Shown here: positions 1 to 15,790 of the stretch, piece by piece
How the letters are laid out: each line of letters begins with the position of its first letter
Numbering within the stretch: the stretch's first letter is position 1
DNA from: Catajapyx aquilonaris
Lineage: Eukaryota
DNA length: 40,417 nt
Direction of reading: 5' to 3'
Assembly (NCBI GenBank): GCA_000934665.2
Contig: JYFJ02003590.1
Location: 1 to 40,417, forward strand
The notes under the pieces: generated by a model
Databases searched by the model: none
Told to the model about the DNA's origin: nothing
What the model saw: the letters and a program-made list of their open reading frames with translations, nothing else
Program-made: the position numbers and the translations under genes

Positions 1-97
1 CCCGGGCGGGAACGCGTAGCGCCGAAGGCGCGCCAATTGGGGCGCAGCCCCAAGGGGGGGTGTGGGGGGGCGGAGCCCCCCCGCCTCGCAAAGCGAG
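1..97. mobile_element. End of a GC-rich insertion made of stacked triloop mini-hairpins (probable non-autonomous DNA element), truncated by the window edge, in an intron of GH31 paralog 2
   Basis: Hairpins: cgc-GTA-gcg (13-21), gcgcc-GAA-ggcgc (19-31), ttggggc-GCA-gccccaa (37-53), G7c-GGA-gC7 (64-82), ctcgc-AAA-gcgag (85-97). Sequence from 98 onward aligns with the paralogous intron at ~6282-6368, which lacks this block. Confidence 0.6.
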
Positions 98-204
98 TTA
101 TTTAATAAACACCTTAGGGGCTCAGGCCAAACAAGAATCCATGAATAGAAAGTCTTCGCTGGTGTAAAACAATATATTATAAATTTAACCTATAAGTAGC
201 TTAC

Positions 205-2015
205 CTTGAGCGTTGCTGTTGAGGAACAATACCGAGTGTGCGTTTCCATCATCTTCTAAAACCGTGTAATGAGGATGCATACCATACATGTTAACGTTTC
301 CCTACAAAAAAAAAGTTGTTATTATTTGAGGCATTGCGAATTTTTGGACAATTTGTGCTCAATGATTTCAACATCTCCACCGAAAATATTATTAGCATTG
401 CCAATACTTACAGCCAGCCATTGATCTAGACTCCAAATTCCCATTGTGTTCCAGTTGAGATCGTTTTTGAACGTTGGCTGCTCATTCTCTCCAAATCCAT
501 ACACATTCTTGGACGGCAGCAATGTTGAAATTTGCAGGAATTGATTTGAAAATGTCATTCCTCCCATAGAAGTATCGAATCTGAAACAATATTTTATGTT
601 AGTGGAGATATATACTCGTATTGTTGCGTTGTAATGAAAAATCATGTACACTATAGTAAATGACTTACACCACTGTACCCGTTGAGCGCCTCACCACTTG
701 AAATGAGAAGAACGGATTGTTTTGAAACACCACGTCATACATGCGCTCATCACTCTTAACTCCTGACGAACCTGTCTTCAGTATATCCAGAGGAACCTCA
801 TACCTAGACGTGCCATCGTGTATCTGAAAAGCACATCATATTATATTAAATCTTCGCCATATTGGCCAGCTTACTGCATCTTACTGTACTTTAATCCTGA
901 GCTGCTCATCTGAATCGAAGCTGACATCCATATACACAACGTCAATGTCCTGTCCATACATGCTGGTGTAATTAATCCTCTGGAGAGTCAGAGAGTACCC
1001 TTCAGTGGTAGGCTGCGGGTCCCCTCTCAATTTGTACCCGTAATTAAGTGGCAAGTAACACCACGGAGGTCCGGACTGGCTGACAGCCTGGTAAATGCAT
1101 CCTCGAGCTTGACATTTCTCCAGATTCGTGTTGGATTCTGGGTAACAATCCACGCGATGGTTGTCGTCGTACGGGACTGGAGGCCATCCTGCCAAAATTA
1201 AAATATTGTTTGCCTTGTTTGGATTGTCGTCCGGACGACATTTGACATGGTCCTCCACACGATTTTCGGGATAGCGGTAACGGAAGGGTTAAAGTTTACC
1301 TGTGGTATTATAAATGCAGGAGTTGTTCTTGTGGAGCCATAAGCATCCTCGTTTATGGCAGTTGTCCATGGTAGGTGTCCCGTCCGGATGGCAATTAAGA
1401 ATAATTTTGATGTCCATTGGTACGCCATGATGTGTGTGCCTTTTTCTCATCTAATACAGAGCAAAATGTGGACGTGAAACTTATTTGATGCATTGTCAAT
1501 TTTATAATTAAGGGGGATGGAGGAGACCTAATAATATTGCATATCATACTGTCTACTTTGCATCACCTTGTATAATGCAGTGAGGGCACGATAGTGGAAT
1601 GGATATGGTTTGAGAAGTGCATTAACATACTGAAGAAAGAAGACAGCTTTCGAGAGCTGACTGGTGCACCTGTGTACCACGTATCTCACTTCTCAATAGT
1701 AATGATAATAAAATTGAGGTAGTGCTTAAGACATCGTTTTCAAGCGTAACACTATTATTAACGTCCCGTTATTATTCATTGATTCAATAAATTATTGGTC
1801 TCGCCTTTTATGTAGGCTTGCTCGGCTTTCTTTCTTCTTGGCACAAAGATCTTAATAGGTTACAGCAGCTTTACTGACAAGCTTAGCGGCAAGATTATTA
1901 TACAGGTCATAGTGCTAAATACCGTACATACCAGTGGTGCAAGGAGAAGTAAAAAAATTATGAAGATCTGGCAGACGAGTAGGAGCTTGAAACACGACCT
2001 AATGAACTTCTTCAT
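205..2015 (-). CDS. GH31 alpha-glucosidase (MGAM/SI/GAA-like) paralog 2; 5' part only, 3' end outside the window. Exons 2015-1932, 1450-1300, 1188-890, 823-669, 580-412, 301-205
   Basis: All introns are GT-AG with consistent phases. Exons 3-6 have the same lengths (299, 155, 169, 97) as in paralog 1. Protein: hydrophobic N-terminus [28 protein letters not shown], a degenerate trefoil ([19 protein letters not shown]), a trefoil [19 protein letters not shown], then [24 protein letters not shown] and [21 protein letters not shown]. Exon 1 is the least certain. Confidence 0.88.
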
Positions 2016-2297
2016 CGGGACTATTGAGGCTATGATAATATCTGCACAGATGATGAAAAATACTACAGAGTATGGAGGTATTATACTGTTTGCAGTACTG
2101 TACAATAGGTGTCTCTCAGAGCCCGGCTGGATTCCAAGGCTGAAGAGCCGAAGCGGCTCTGCTGAATACTCTCATATATGGACTCAGCATCTGTGGCGTT
2201 ATTACGTCATTTCACTTCACCAATGGACCTAAACATGTGGACCGGTACAAAATGCGAAAGTGCAAGCTCAGTAACTGTACTCATTTGTATCCCATCA

Positions 2298-2317
2298 TTT
2301 TTATTTTTATTTTTATT
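2298..2317 (-). terminator. Tandem AATAAA polyadenylation signals of GH31 paralog 1
   Basis: Plus-strand ttttatttttatttttatt reads as three AATAAA hexamers on the minus strand, ~105-125 nt after the stop codon. Confidence 0.55.
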
Positions 2318-2421
2318 AATAAGCATCGACTTTCAAATTGGTCGATCTTATTATTGAAAACATCTCGTGTTATCGCCAGTACACTGTCAGCAAAGTATAA
2401 GTTCCAATCGTGCGCAGTCTT

Positions 2422-8708
<6,287 letters not shown>

Positions 8709-9190
8709 GTCGCAGGTGTTTCTGACATTGGGAAATGTGAAGTATTGCATATATACATATTTGACGTATGGACGATGATAGCAATGACAATCATAATAGG
8801 ATAGGATCATTATCAGTAGATATGATATCGGTGGATCAGAGCGACACCTCCTGTGTATCGACAGTGACATTTCCTGATTAAAATATGGATATGATGATGG
8901 CCACGTGAAAAGTAACTGATGCAGCTTTGCTCGTAAATGAGTTTGTGATTACTAATGCGACGATAAAGGTCATTGTCACGTAACTCACATGATGTGACAT
9001 CCATGACTATTTGCTTTTTAAAAGTCACTAGAGAAAATTCTGATAATGAGCAACTGAGACAATCAGAAAAATTGATAAAAATATGTGCAGTTATTATAGA
9101 TTGTAAGGTTTGTACATAAATGCGTATTTACAATTTACATCTCTGGGCTATGCTTGGTGTCTCAGCTTTTGTCAGGAATAGTGTGTGTAC

Positions 9191-9257
9191 CAGGGTCACC
9201 TACATGAGTGCCTCCCCCACCGTTAGGGTGGGGGAGGCAACCATGTAGGGGACCCTG
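9191..9257. mobile_element. 67-bp hAT-type MITE (nearly complete palindrome)
   Basis: Termini CAGGGTC...GACCCTG. 8-bp TSD GTGTGTAC at 9183-9190 and 9258-9265, fitting the nTnnnnAn hAT target pattern. Confidence 0.85.
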
Positions 9258-9568
9258 GTGTGTACTACAGTGTAAAATTTTGTACAGTTTGAGATGTGCA
9301 TATCCTATTAGCATGTTGGTTGATGTGCGAGTAACCTACTTATAAGACAATGCATAATGCATAATGTGGTCAGTTAATTGTCTCATCAACGTCTAGTGTA
9401 GATGGTTACTTTATTGCTGGGTTAGGCGAGGAAACTGTGGCTGCACGACATAATTATAGGTGTTCCAAAATTCAAAAGTATGTAAATGTGAATTTCGTGC
9501 CCACGTGCTTGCCCAAGCGATGTACCGTACAGTAGCGTACCTGTCAGTCTACTGTATGTATCAGCTAG

Positions 9569-9640
9569 TCCGGTATGGTCTAGTGGCTAGGATACCCGGC
9601 TTTCACCCGGGAGGCTCGGGTTCGATTCCCGGTACCGGAG
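9569..9640 (+). tRNA. tRNA-Glu(TTC): tRNA-Glu (anticodon TTC)
   Basis: Identical 72-nt sequence to the 8015-8086 copy; TTTTT terminator ~10 nt downstream. Confidence 0.96.
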
Positions 9641-10077
9641 ACTTCTTCATTTTTATTTCCTCTTATTACAGTTTGGGAACGATCATTTTACCAGCCGCAG
9701 TAGCCTATACTAATATACAAGAGTCTACAATGTTTCCAAAATGTGGCTGTGACAATATAATTATGCTTGTAATGTGCCGCAATTTTTTAAAATACATGAA
9801 GGTGTGTGGAATACGTGACAGTTTTTTCACTACCAGCGTCCTGAAAGATATCATATTAAAATTTTGATATGTAATTTTGTTAGCGAGAGAGTTTTTATAT
9901 TTCTATAATTCAAGCTCAGGTTATTGTACTGTGCATTACATTATTTGTGCATACTTCCTTTAAACTGGGATCACTTCATGATCTTTATGTCCCAGTGCAG
10001 CGACCTGGAGGTCCTGCATATAGATCAGGACTCCCTAGACAACTCAACAGTGCAGAAGCTCCACCCCATGCCACGTT

Positions 10078-10131
10078 CTCGCCCAAGAAATGTACCCACT
10101 AAGTAGTGGGTACATTTCTTGGGCGAGTGTA
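10078..10131. mobile_element. Minimal foldback/MITE remnant, possibly fused Tc1/mariner-like TIRs
   Basis: 23-bp perfect inverted arms ctcgcccaagaaatgtacccact / agtgggtacatttcttgggcgag with a 4-nt loop. The right end reads ...GAGTG-TA. Confidence 0.55.
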
Positions 10132-10170
10132 CAGTTGCCCACCTGTAAGTCTACTGTATGTATCAGCTAG

Positions 10171-10242
10171 TCCGGTATGGTCTAGTGGCTAGGATACCCG
10201 GCTTTCACCCGGGAGGCTCGGGTTCGATTCCCGGTACCGGAG
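10171..10242 (+). tRNA. tRNA-Glu(TTC): tRNA-Glu (anticodon TTC)
   Basis: Identical 72-nt sequence; T-run terminator downstream. Confidence 0.96.
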
Positions 10243-10926
10243 ACTATATTTTTATTTCCACTTATTACAGTTTGGGAACGATCAGCCGCAATGCTAACTG
10301 ACCCAAACGTCTAAGCTGTTTCCAAGATTGGCTATGACAAGACATGCGTGTAATGTGCATGTGTCAATATATTTTTTTAAAATACGTCAAGATGTTCAGT
10401 ACCGTACAGTACACACTGTGAAATAAGTGGTATGGCATATTTCACTACCCTCAGAGATATCCTATTAAAATTTTGACATGTAACTTTGTTAGCAGCAGAG
10501 TTGTTATATTCCTTTAAAGTTGAAGTTGTACATGTACTTTTAGCACTTTTCATGTACTGTTTGCTGTACAGTACGTTGTATGCTACAGCTAAGGTGCTGA
10601 GGTGGCATGGCAACACCCTGTCTTTCCATCCCAAGAAAGTTTATTTGTGCCATGTGCGACCAAAAATTGGAGGGTCTGCATGAATGGGCGTGATATGAAG
10701 CTAGTGAGGCCAATCACTGCCATTCTATATGGTAGGCTTCGTTATTTGCTTGTGCTCTACGGGCCCTAGATCCACTATAGTAGTGTAACTCTTGGTATAT
10801 ACGGAGGCTTATTCCACATTTCTGCAATATCAGATGTATAAAATCTTATTCATGCAAAGCCCCCCCCCCCCCAAAAAAAAAAAAAAGAGACGCATAAGGC
10901 AGCGTGGGAGGGGGGGGAAAAAAACA

Positions 10927-10998
10927 TTCCGGTACCGGGAATCGAACCCGGGCCTCCCGGGTGAGAGCCGGGTATCCTAACCACTAGACCATACCGGA
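10927..10998 (-). tRNA. tRNA-Glu(CTC): tRNA-Glu (anticodon CTC)
   Basis: Same cloverleaf, with anticodon loop CTCTCAC. Four differences from the TTC copies. T7 terminator immediately downstream. Confidence 0.96.
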
Positions 10999-12006
10999 GT
11001 TGATGATTACACTTACTTGTCGGTTACTACTATCTGCTTAAATGTCACAATTTTCTTATCCATAAATGCTTGAAAGTAAAAACACTGCCTACTTAACCGA
11101 GTACTTAACTCGTCTTCTGTTGCTCAATGTCACGAATTATTGAATGAAAGTTAACTCCAATTTAATGTAAATGAGCGAAAACCTTAATTTTTCTCTCTGA
11201 ATTTGGAAGGAGATAAGCTATCAAAATTCAGTATAATTATGCAACAGTATATACTGTACAGTCTCATCAGTATTGCAATCATGGTACAGTCTACGCCATA
11301 ATTTTATATAGCTTGTTGCCTGCTCCCTAAAATTTAACGACATTGTAAATGTGACCTAGGCAGTAACATTGACAAGTTGATCCCGTAACAAGTTGTTTCG
11401 GCTTATAAATAATGCAGAGGTATTCATATAGCTCACTCCCACAGTGGAAATGAGTAGGATAAACCCCCCGGATCCTCTTGATTTAAATGACACGGTGTAG
11501 TGCATGGGCGACAGTTCGAAACCCGCTCACCCTGCAGTCATTTGTCATCAGCATCACTGCTATTTGAAAGGATTTGGCGGTTCCGGATTAGTTCAGGATT
11601 CCGACCAGAATCAATAGCAAATGGAAACCGCGATAACTATAGGATAAAAAAAGGACAAACAAACAACAGGTCTATTGTTTTGTTTGACGGGCTTCACGTG
11701 TAGTCATGCAAGAAAACAACGGGATGGACCGTTTGAGGCCAAATAATTCAAATTCTGCGTCAGACAGGTAGTAAAATATTATCTAGCATTTTTGTACGAT
11801 AAAAAATCGATTTGTCCAGCCTTCTAATATTGAATGGCATCTAGCGGCTGTACTACGAACTTCAACTCAAACGCTATGTGCTGGAAAATTAATTACATTA
11901 TGCAGTTTTTTTTAAATAAAATCTTAGGTGCAGTACAACTATAGAGCAATCAAATTTATTACAAAGTCTGTACATGAGAAGAGGCGTTCATTTTTGGTAT
12001 AAAAAG

Positions 12007-12420
12007 TTAGTGGAAGTGGTATCCGCCGAGGTATCCTCCGTGGTAGTGGTGATGTCCAAGGTGGTGTCCGTACCCGAAGGTCTTGACAACCGGGTATGAC
12101 TTGATGACAGGAAGCACCGGGTACTTGACGGCGTGCACCACCGGAGCGTGGTAGGCCACGTGCTTGATCACCGGTGCGTGGTGCACCACAGGGACGCTGT
12201 GGATGACCGGTGCGTAGCTATGGAATCCGGCCTCGGACTGGGTCACGATACTGGCCACCAACACGGCCACGGCCACCGCGAACTAGTCAAGGGCACACAA
12301 AATCTCAATTTCAATGGAAAGGCTGACGTCAAATGCAATTGGATATATTCTCACTAAATTGAATTAATAATTGTCACATGCTACAAACAATTTATACAGG
12401 CCATGACTTACCAGCTTCAT
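12007..12420 (-). CDS. Small secreted His/Val/Tyr/Gly-rich cuticle-protein-like gene A, 94 aa. Exons 12420-12412 (MKL), 12282-12007
   Basis: ATGAAGCTG|gtaagt...actag|TTCGCG. Signal peptide MKLFAVAVAVLVASIVTQSEA, then (H)APV(V/I)(H/K) repeats and a GYGHH/GGY tail. TATA box upstream; AATAAA at 11960-11955. Confidence 0.88.
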
Positions 12421-12498
12421 GATGAACAGTATTGCACGTAAGTCCAAACACCGTAAAGGGTACCGAAATTGTGAGCCACATCTTCCACCACATGCCTC

Positions 12499-12506
12499 TT
12501 TATATA
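12499..12506 (-). promoter_or_regulatory. TATA box of cuticle-like gene A
   Basis: TATATAAA on the minus strand, ~80 nt upstream of the ATG. Confidence 0.7.
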
Positions 12507-13680
12507 TGCTTGCAAAATTTGTGTTCGATGCGAATTTCCTGGTTAATCGTTCCCCATCCCCCCCCCCCCCACCCCACCCCACCTACCTTTAAAAGTCTTC
12601 GGGAAAAACTTTCGCCTCCTGAAGACAGGTCACGGTTTTGCGCCTTGTTTTCGCTGCCCTCCTCACATTTTCTCAAGGGCATTTTAGATTTCACCCCCAG
12701 CACACTTCTTCTCCGGGGAACTGGACTTACATCACCCTTACACACTGTTACCTCAATATTACAACATCAAGGAAGGGGGTTGTGACCGGTGATCGCCAAA
12801 TTGGGTTCTTAGAATTTTGGTTGATTAGGGTAGGGCATTTGTGAAAATAGGGACAGTTACGCATCAATTGAATTTATGATCGCTAATTGGGTGCACAATG
12901 GTTATTGTTGGGTGTCTTATTATTCAGTGACAATGTTCAGTTATGTGAACAATGGACAGCATGAGTCTGACCTCATTTAGTTCTCAGATAACTGGAGGGA
13001 AAATTATGAAACACCCTATTGTTACATACACTTTTAATGGAGTTAAATATATAACGTCTGGTAGTGCCAATGGCAATAAAATGCAGAAGCAATATTTGAA
13101 ATCCTTGAAGTAATATTCGCGAAACCCGAAAAGGCGAGTCATATCCAGAATTTTCAAAGGGGCAATAAGGAAAACAATTGAAGTTTATATTGCACGAATG
13201 ACCTTCTGCAGTGGAAAGTTCATAGACTTCTGCATAAATCGAATTTTGATATTTTGCCTACAAAATGCGCACGTGCCCTTTTGTTACGATTCTTTTAGCG
13301 TGGCTTTATCGGTTTCCTTCCTTTGTCCAAAGAACCTTGATGGTAATCTATAGGTTACGCGAGAGGATAACAAACGACGGATTGGGATGAGGCCAAGTGG
13401 ATAAGATTGTTTTTGGAAGATTAGTTGCTTCTCGCTAAAGATTTTTGCTTGTTATATAGTGAAATAGCACTTGACCTACTAAAAGCCCTTTTATTTTTAT
13501 TCAAAAGGAAGACTGCTCCAAACAGACCGGATTTTCTAGCAATATGTCAATGTTTAGTGAACAAGTCTTGTCACGTCCTGTATGTCTTGAAAATATATCA
13601 CCCCCATAAAATTGCTTTTTGCGGGTAGTGCTCAATAAAATTTAACGTAAAAAAAATCAGCATAAATTCTGCGATTCTCA

Positions 13681-13936
13681 TGTTGGACATTAATCGCGTC
13701 ATACTACTAGCGACATTTACCGATGCGGCAGACGTACAAATCGAAGTGTGAGCCGTGCGAGTAAGAAATGGTAGCCCTTGGATGACGTCACCGGCTGGGG
13801 GGAAATGGAGAAAAGGCTTGTCCCCAGCCAGTGACGTCATCCAATGGCTACCATTTCTTACTCGCACGGCGCGCACTTCGATTAGTACGTCTGCCGCATC
13901 GGAAAATGTCGCTAGTAGTATATGTCCAACACTGTA
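13681..13936. mobile_element. Composite foldback MITE: outer Tc1/mariner-like TIR (CAGTGTTGGACAT, TA flank) enclosing ~100-bp inverted arms
   Basis: 13701-13801 pairs with 13821-13921 with few mismatches. Outer tgttggacat (13681) pairs with atgtccaacactg-TA (13922-13936). A second, partial copy lies at 31546-31974. Confidence 0.85.
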
Positions 13937-15720
13937 CAGGAAGGTATATCCTTCTGAGGCTACTTGTGACATCTGAACCTAAAATTAATTCCGTACAGGG
14001 TATACCTCATTTAGTGCCTGCAGTTGTGGCTCATAAATTGTGCCATCTTGAGGGTTAAAGGCGGACACTGCGGGTCCTCAGATTTATTAAGAAAAGGTCT
14101 TGAGACCTCACATAATTCATTAACCTCCCTTACTTTACGAGAGAATGTCGTGCCACATGGCGTGTGACGCCAGATGAAATTAATGTCTCCGAAATGCCAA
14201 CATGACGCTTTTGTCGCAATCCTGTTTTTCGCAACTGGGAAATGAGATGACCGATACTTAAGAGGGTAGTGTTTCAAGACAACAAAACGGATTCAAATAC
14301 TCGCAATTTTGGTCAGGGTTAGCACGAACTGCACGTGTTCCGATTGGTTAGTACAAACTGACAATAGCGAGTGTGTATCATTAAAGAGGGACCCCGGTCA
14401 CTTTCTCCTGACCTTTACGGTCCGTTGCCCACGCTACTTTTTGGGGGGTAGGTAAGGCAATCTAATCAATGCTCAGGCCTTCTTTTTTTTTTACGTAACG
14501 TGAACCGATAACGTGAGGCAGTTGTTTCCTGAACATGATGGCGTGACTCGGTTAAGGGACAAATTATGCACGACAATTTTTTTAAAATATTAATAATAAA
14601 AGAGGAAGTGATGCACCCTGTGGTGCCACATGGCCAAGACATACTGTACTGATTCCCAGGCATAAATTATCAAGCGTGTGCAGCTTAGTGTTGAAAATTG
14701 CTCTAATACATCACAGGCGCGTAATTAGCGAGTCAAATTTTGTTGTCATAAGTTTTGATTTTATCGTGACTAACTTGATGAAAATCTCTGAGGCCCAAGA
14801 AACCTGTTGCATATTAGGTGAAAAAAAAGTTGCCTCATTAGTGAAATCTTGTACGTGACATATTCTAGTGAAGCAGGAAAGTAGAGCAAACCCCACCTTC
14901 CTCTAACAGATTTTTTTTTTTTTTTTTGAAACTGTTAATTTCACTCCCGTGAGCTCAAGTCCAACCCTTTTATTGGGATAAGTAGCGCGGTGAATAATTG
15001 AGAGTAAAATCGGTCATGTTAAATTATGCGTGACATAATGCGTGGCTTTTATGGAACCGCCTCCTTATAAATGCAATATGCAAAAATGTGCGAAAATCAG
15101 TCGTTTGCCTTGACAACATATGATGTACTGCATATTTGCATGACGTGATGATTGATTGGACTTAGCAAGGCTAAACTCTCACATGTCAGTTTAGATTACA
15201 ATATTGAGTCATTTTTTTAAAAAATTCCAAGTCCACACTTGAATTACATCATTACAAACTGCAGAAAATTTTTATATGTAATCATGTAAAAATATTCTCC
15301 CACTCATGTAAAAGTTTTTTTAAAAATTTGAAACGCTCTATTTGCATGTTAGGCCCAAAAGTTTATGAACTGGGTCTTCCTGAAGTCCGTGAGACATACC
15401 CCCCAAACTGAGGAAAGAAAACTCAAGTAAAAGCAGCCAAGGTTTTCAATTTGGGAAGTTAGTCGTTGGATGGAGATCAAAGTTGCTTCTGGTTGACTTT
15501 GAGGCCGCCGTAATTAAAGGGAAAAGTGTCACGACTGCACCTCCTCTTTCGTGAGGATAATCCATTGAAATTAAAAGTCCTGGGAGTCTCCTTAAGGAAG
15601 CGATTGAGATGGGGGGGGGGGGAAAGATGAAGAAACTGCAAAGTTGGAAAATTCCAAGTTTGTCACTTCCGGTCAATTTCGCCAAATTTCGCCAAAAAAC
15701 AAATAATTTATTTAGTAAAT

Positions 15721-15790
15721 GCAGTGACTACATGGAAAGGTCGGGCGCTGCAGCCTACAGGGTCGCAGGTTCAAGTCCCGCCGCGCCGCG
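15721..15790 (+). pseudogene. Degenerate tRNA-like sequence / possible tRNA-derived SINE head
   Basis: A-box-like TGACTACATGG and B-box GGTTCAAGTCC at tRNA-like spacing; no intact cloverleaf. Confidence 0.35.

Larger units (their letters stand above)
9539..10520 (+). repeat. Diverged ~600-bp-period tandem duplication, each unit carrying a tRNA-Glu(TTC)
   Basis: Shared flanks acctgt(c/a)agtctactgtatgtatcagctag (9539 vs 10141), cttattacagtttgggaacgatc, and gatatc.tattaaaattttga.atgtaa.tttgttagc (~9846 vs ~10456). Confidence 0.85.

Noticed and set aside
11490..11532. B-box-like GTTCGAAACC near the tRNA cluster (also GGTTCAAATC at ~28131)
   Set aside because: No cloverleaf or convincing A-box; insufficient for a tRNA or SINE call.
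13598..14058. ORFs across the foldback element, and those at 31513-31989
   Set aside because: They run through inverted-repeat MITEs and a poly-C tract containing an N; no protein-like features.
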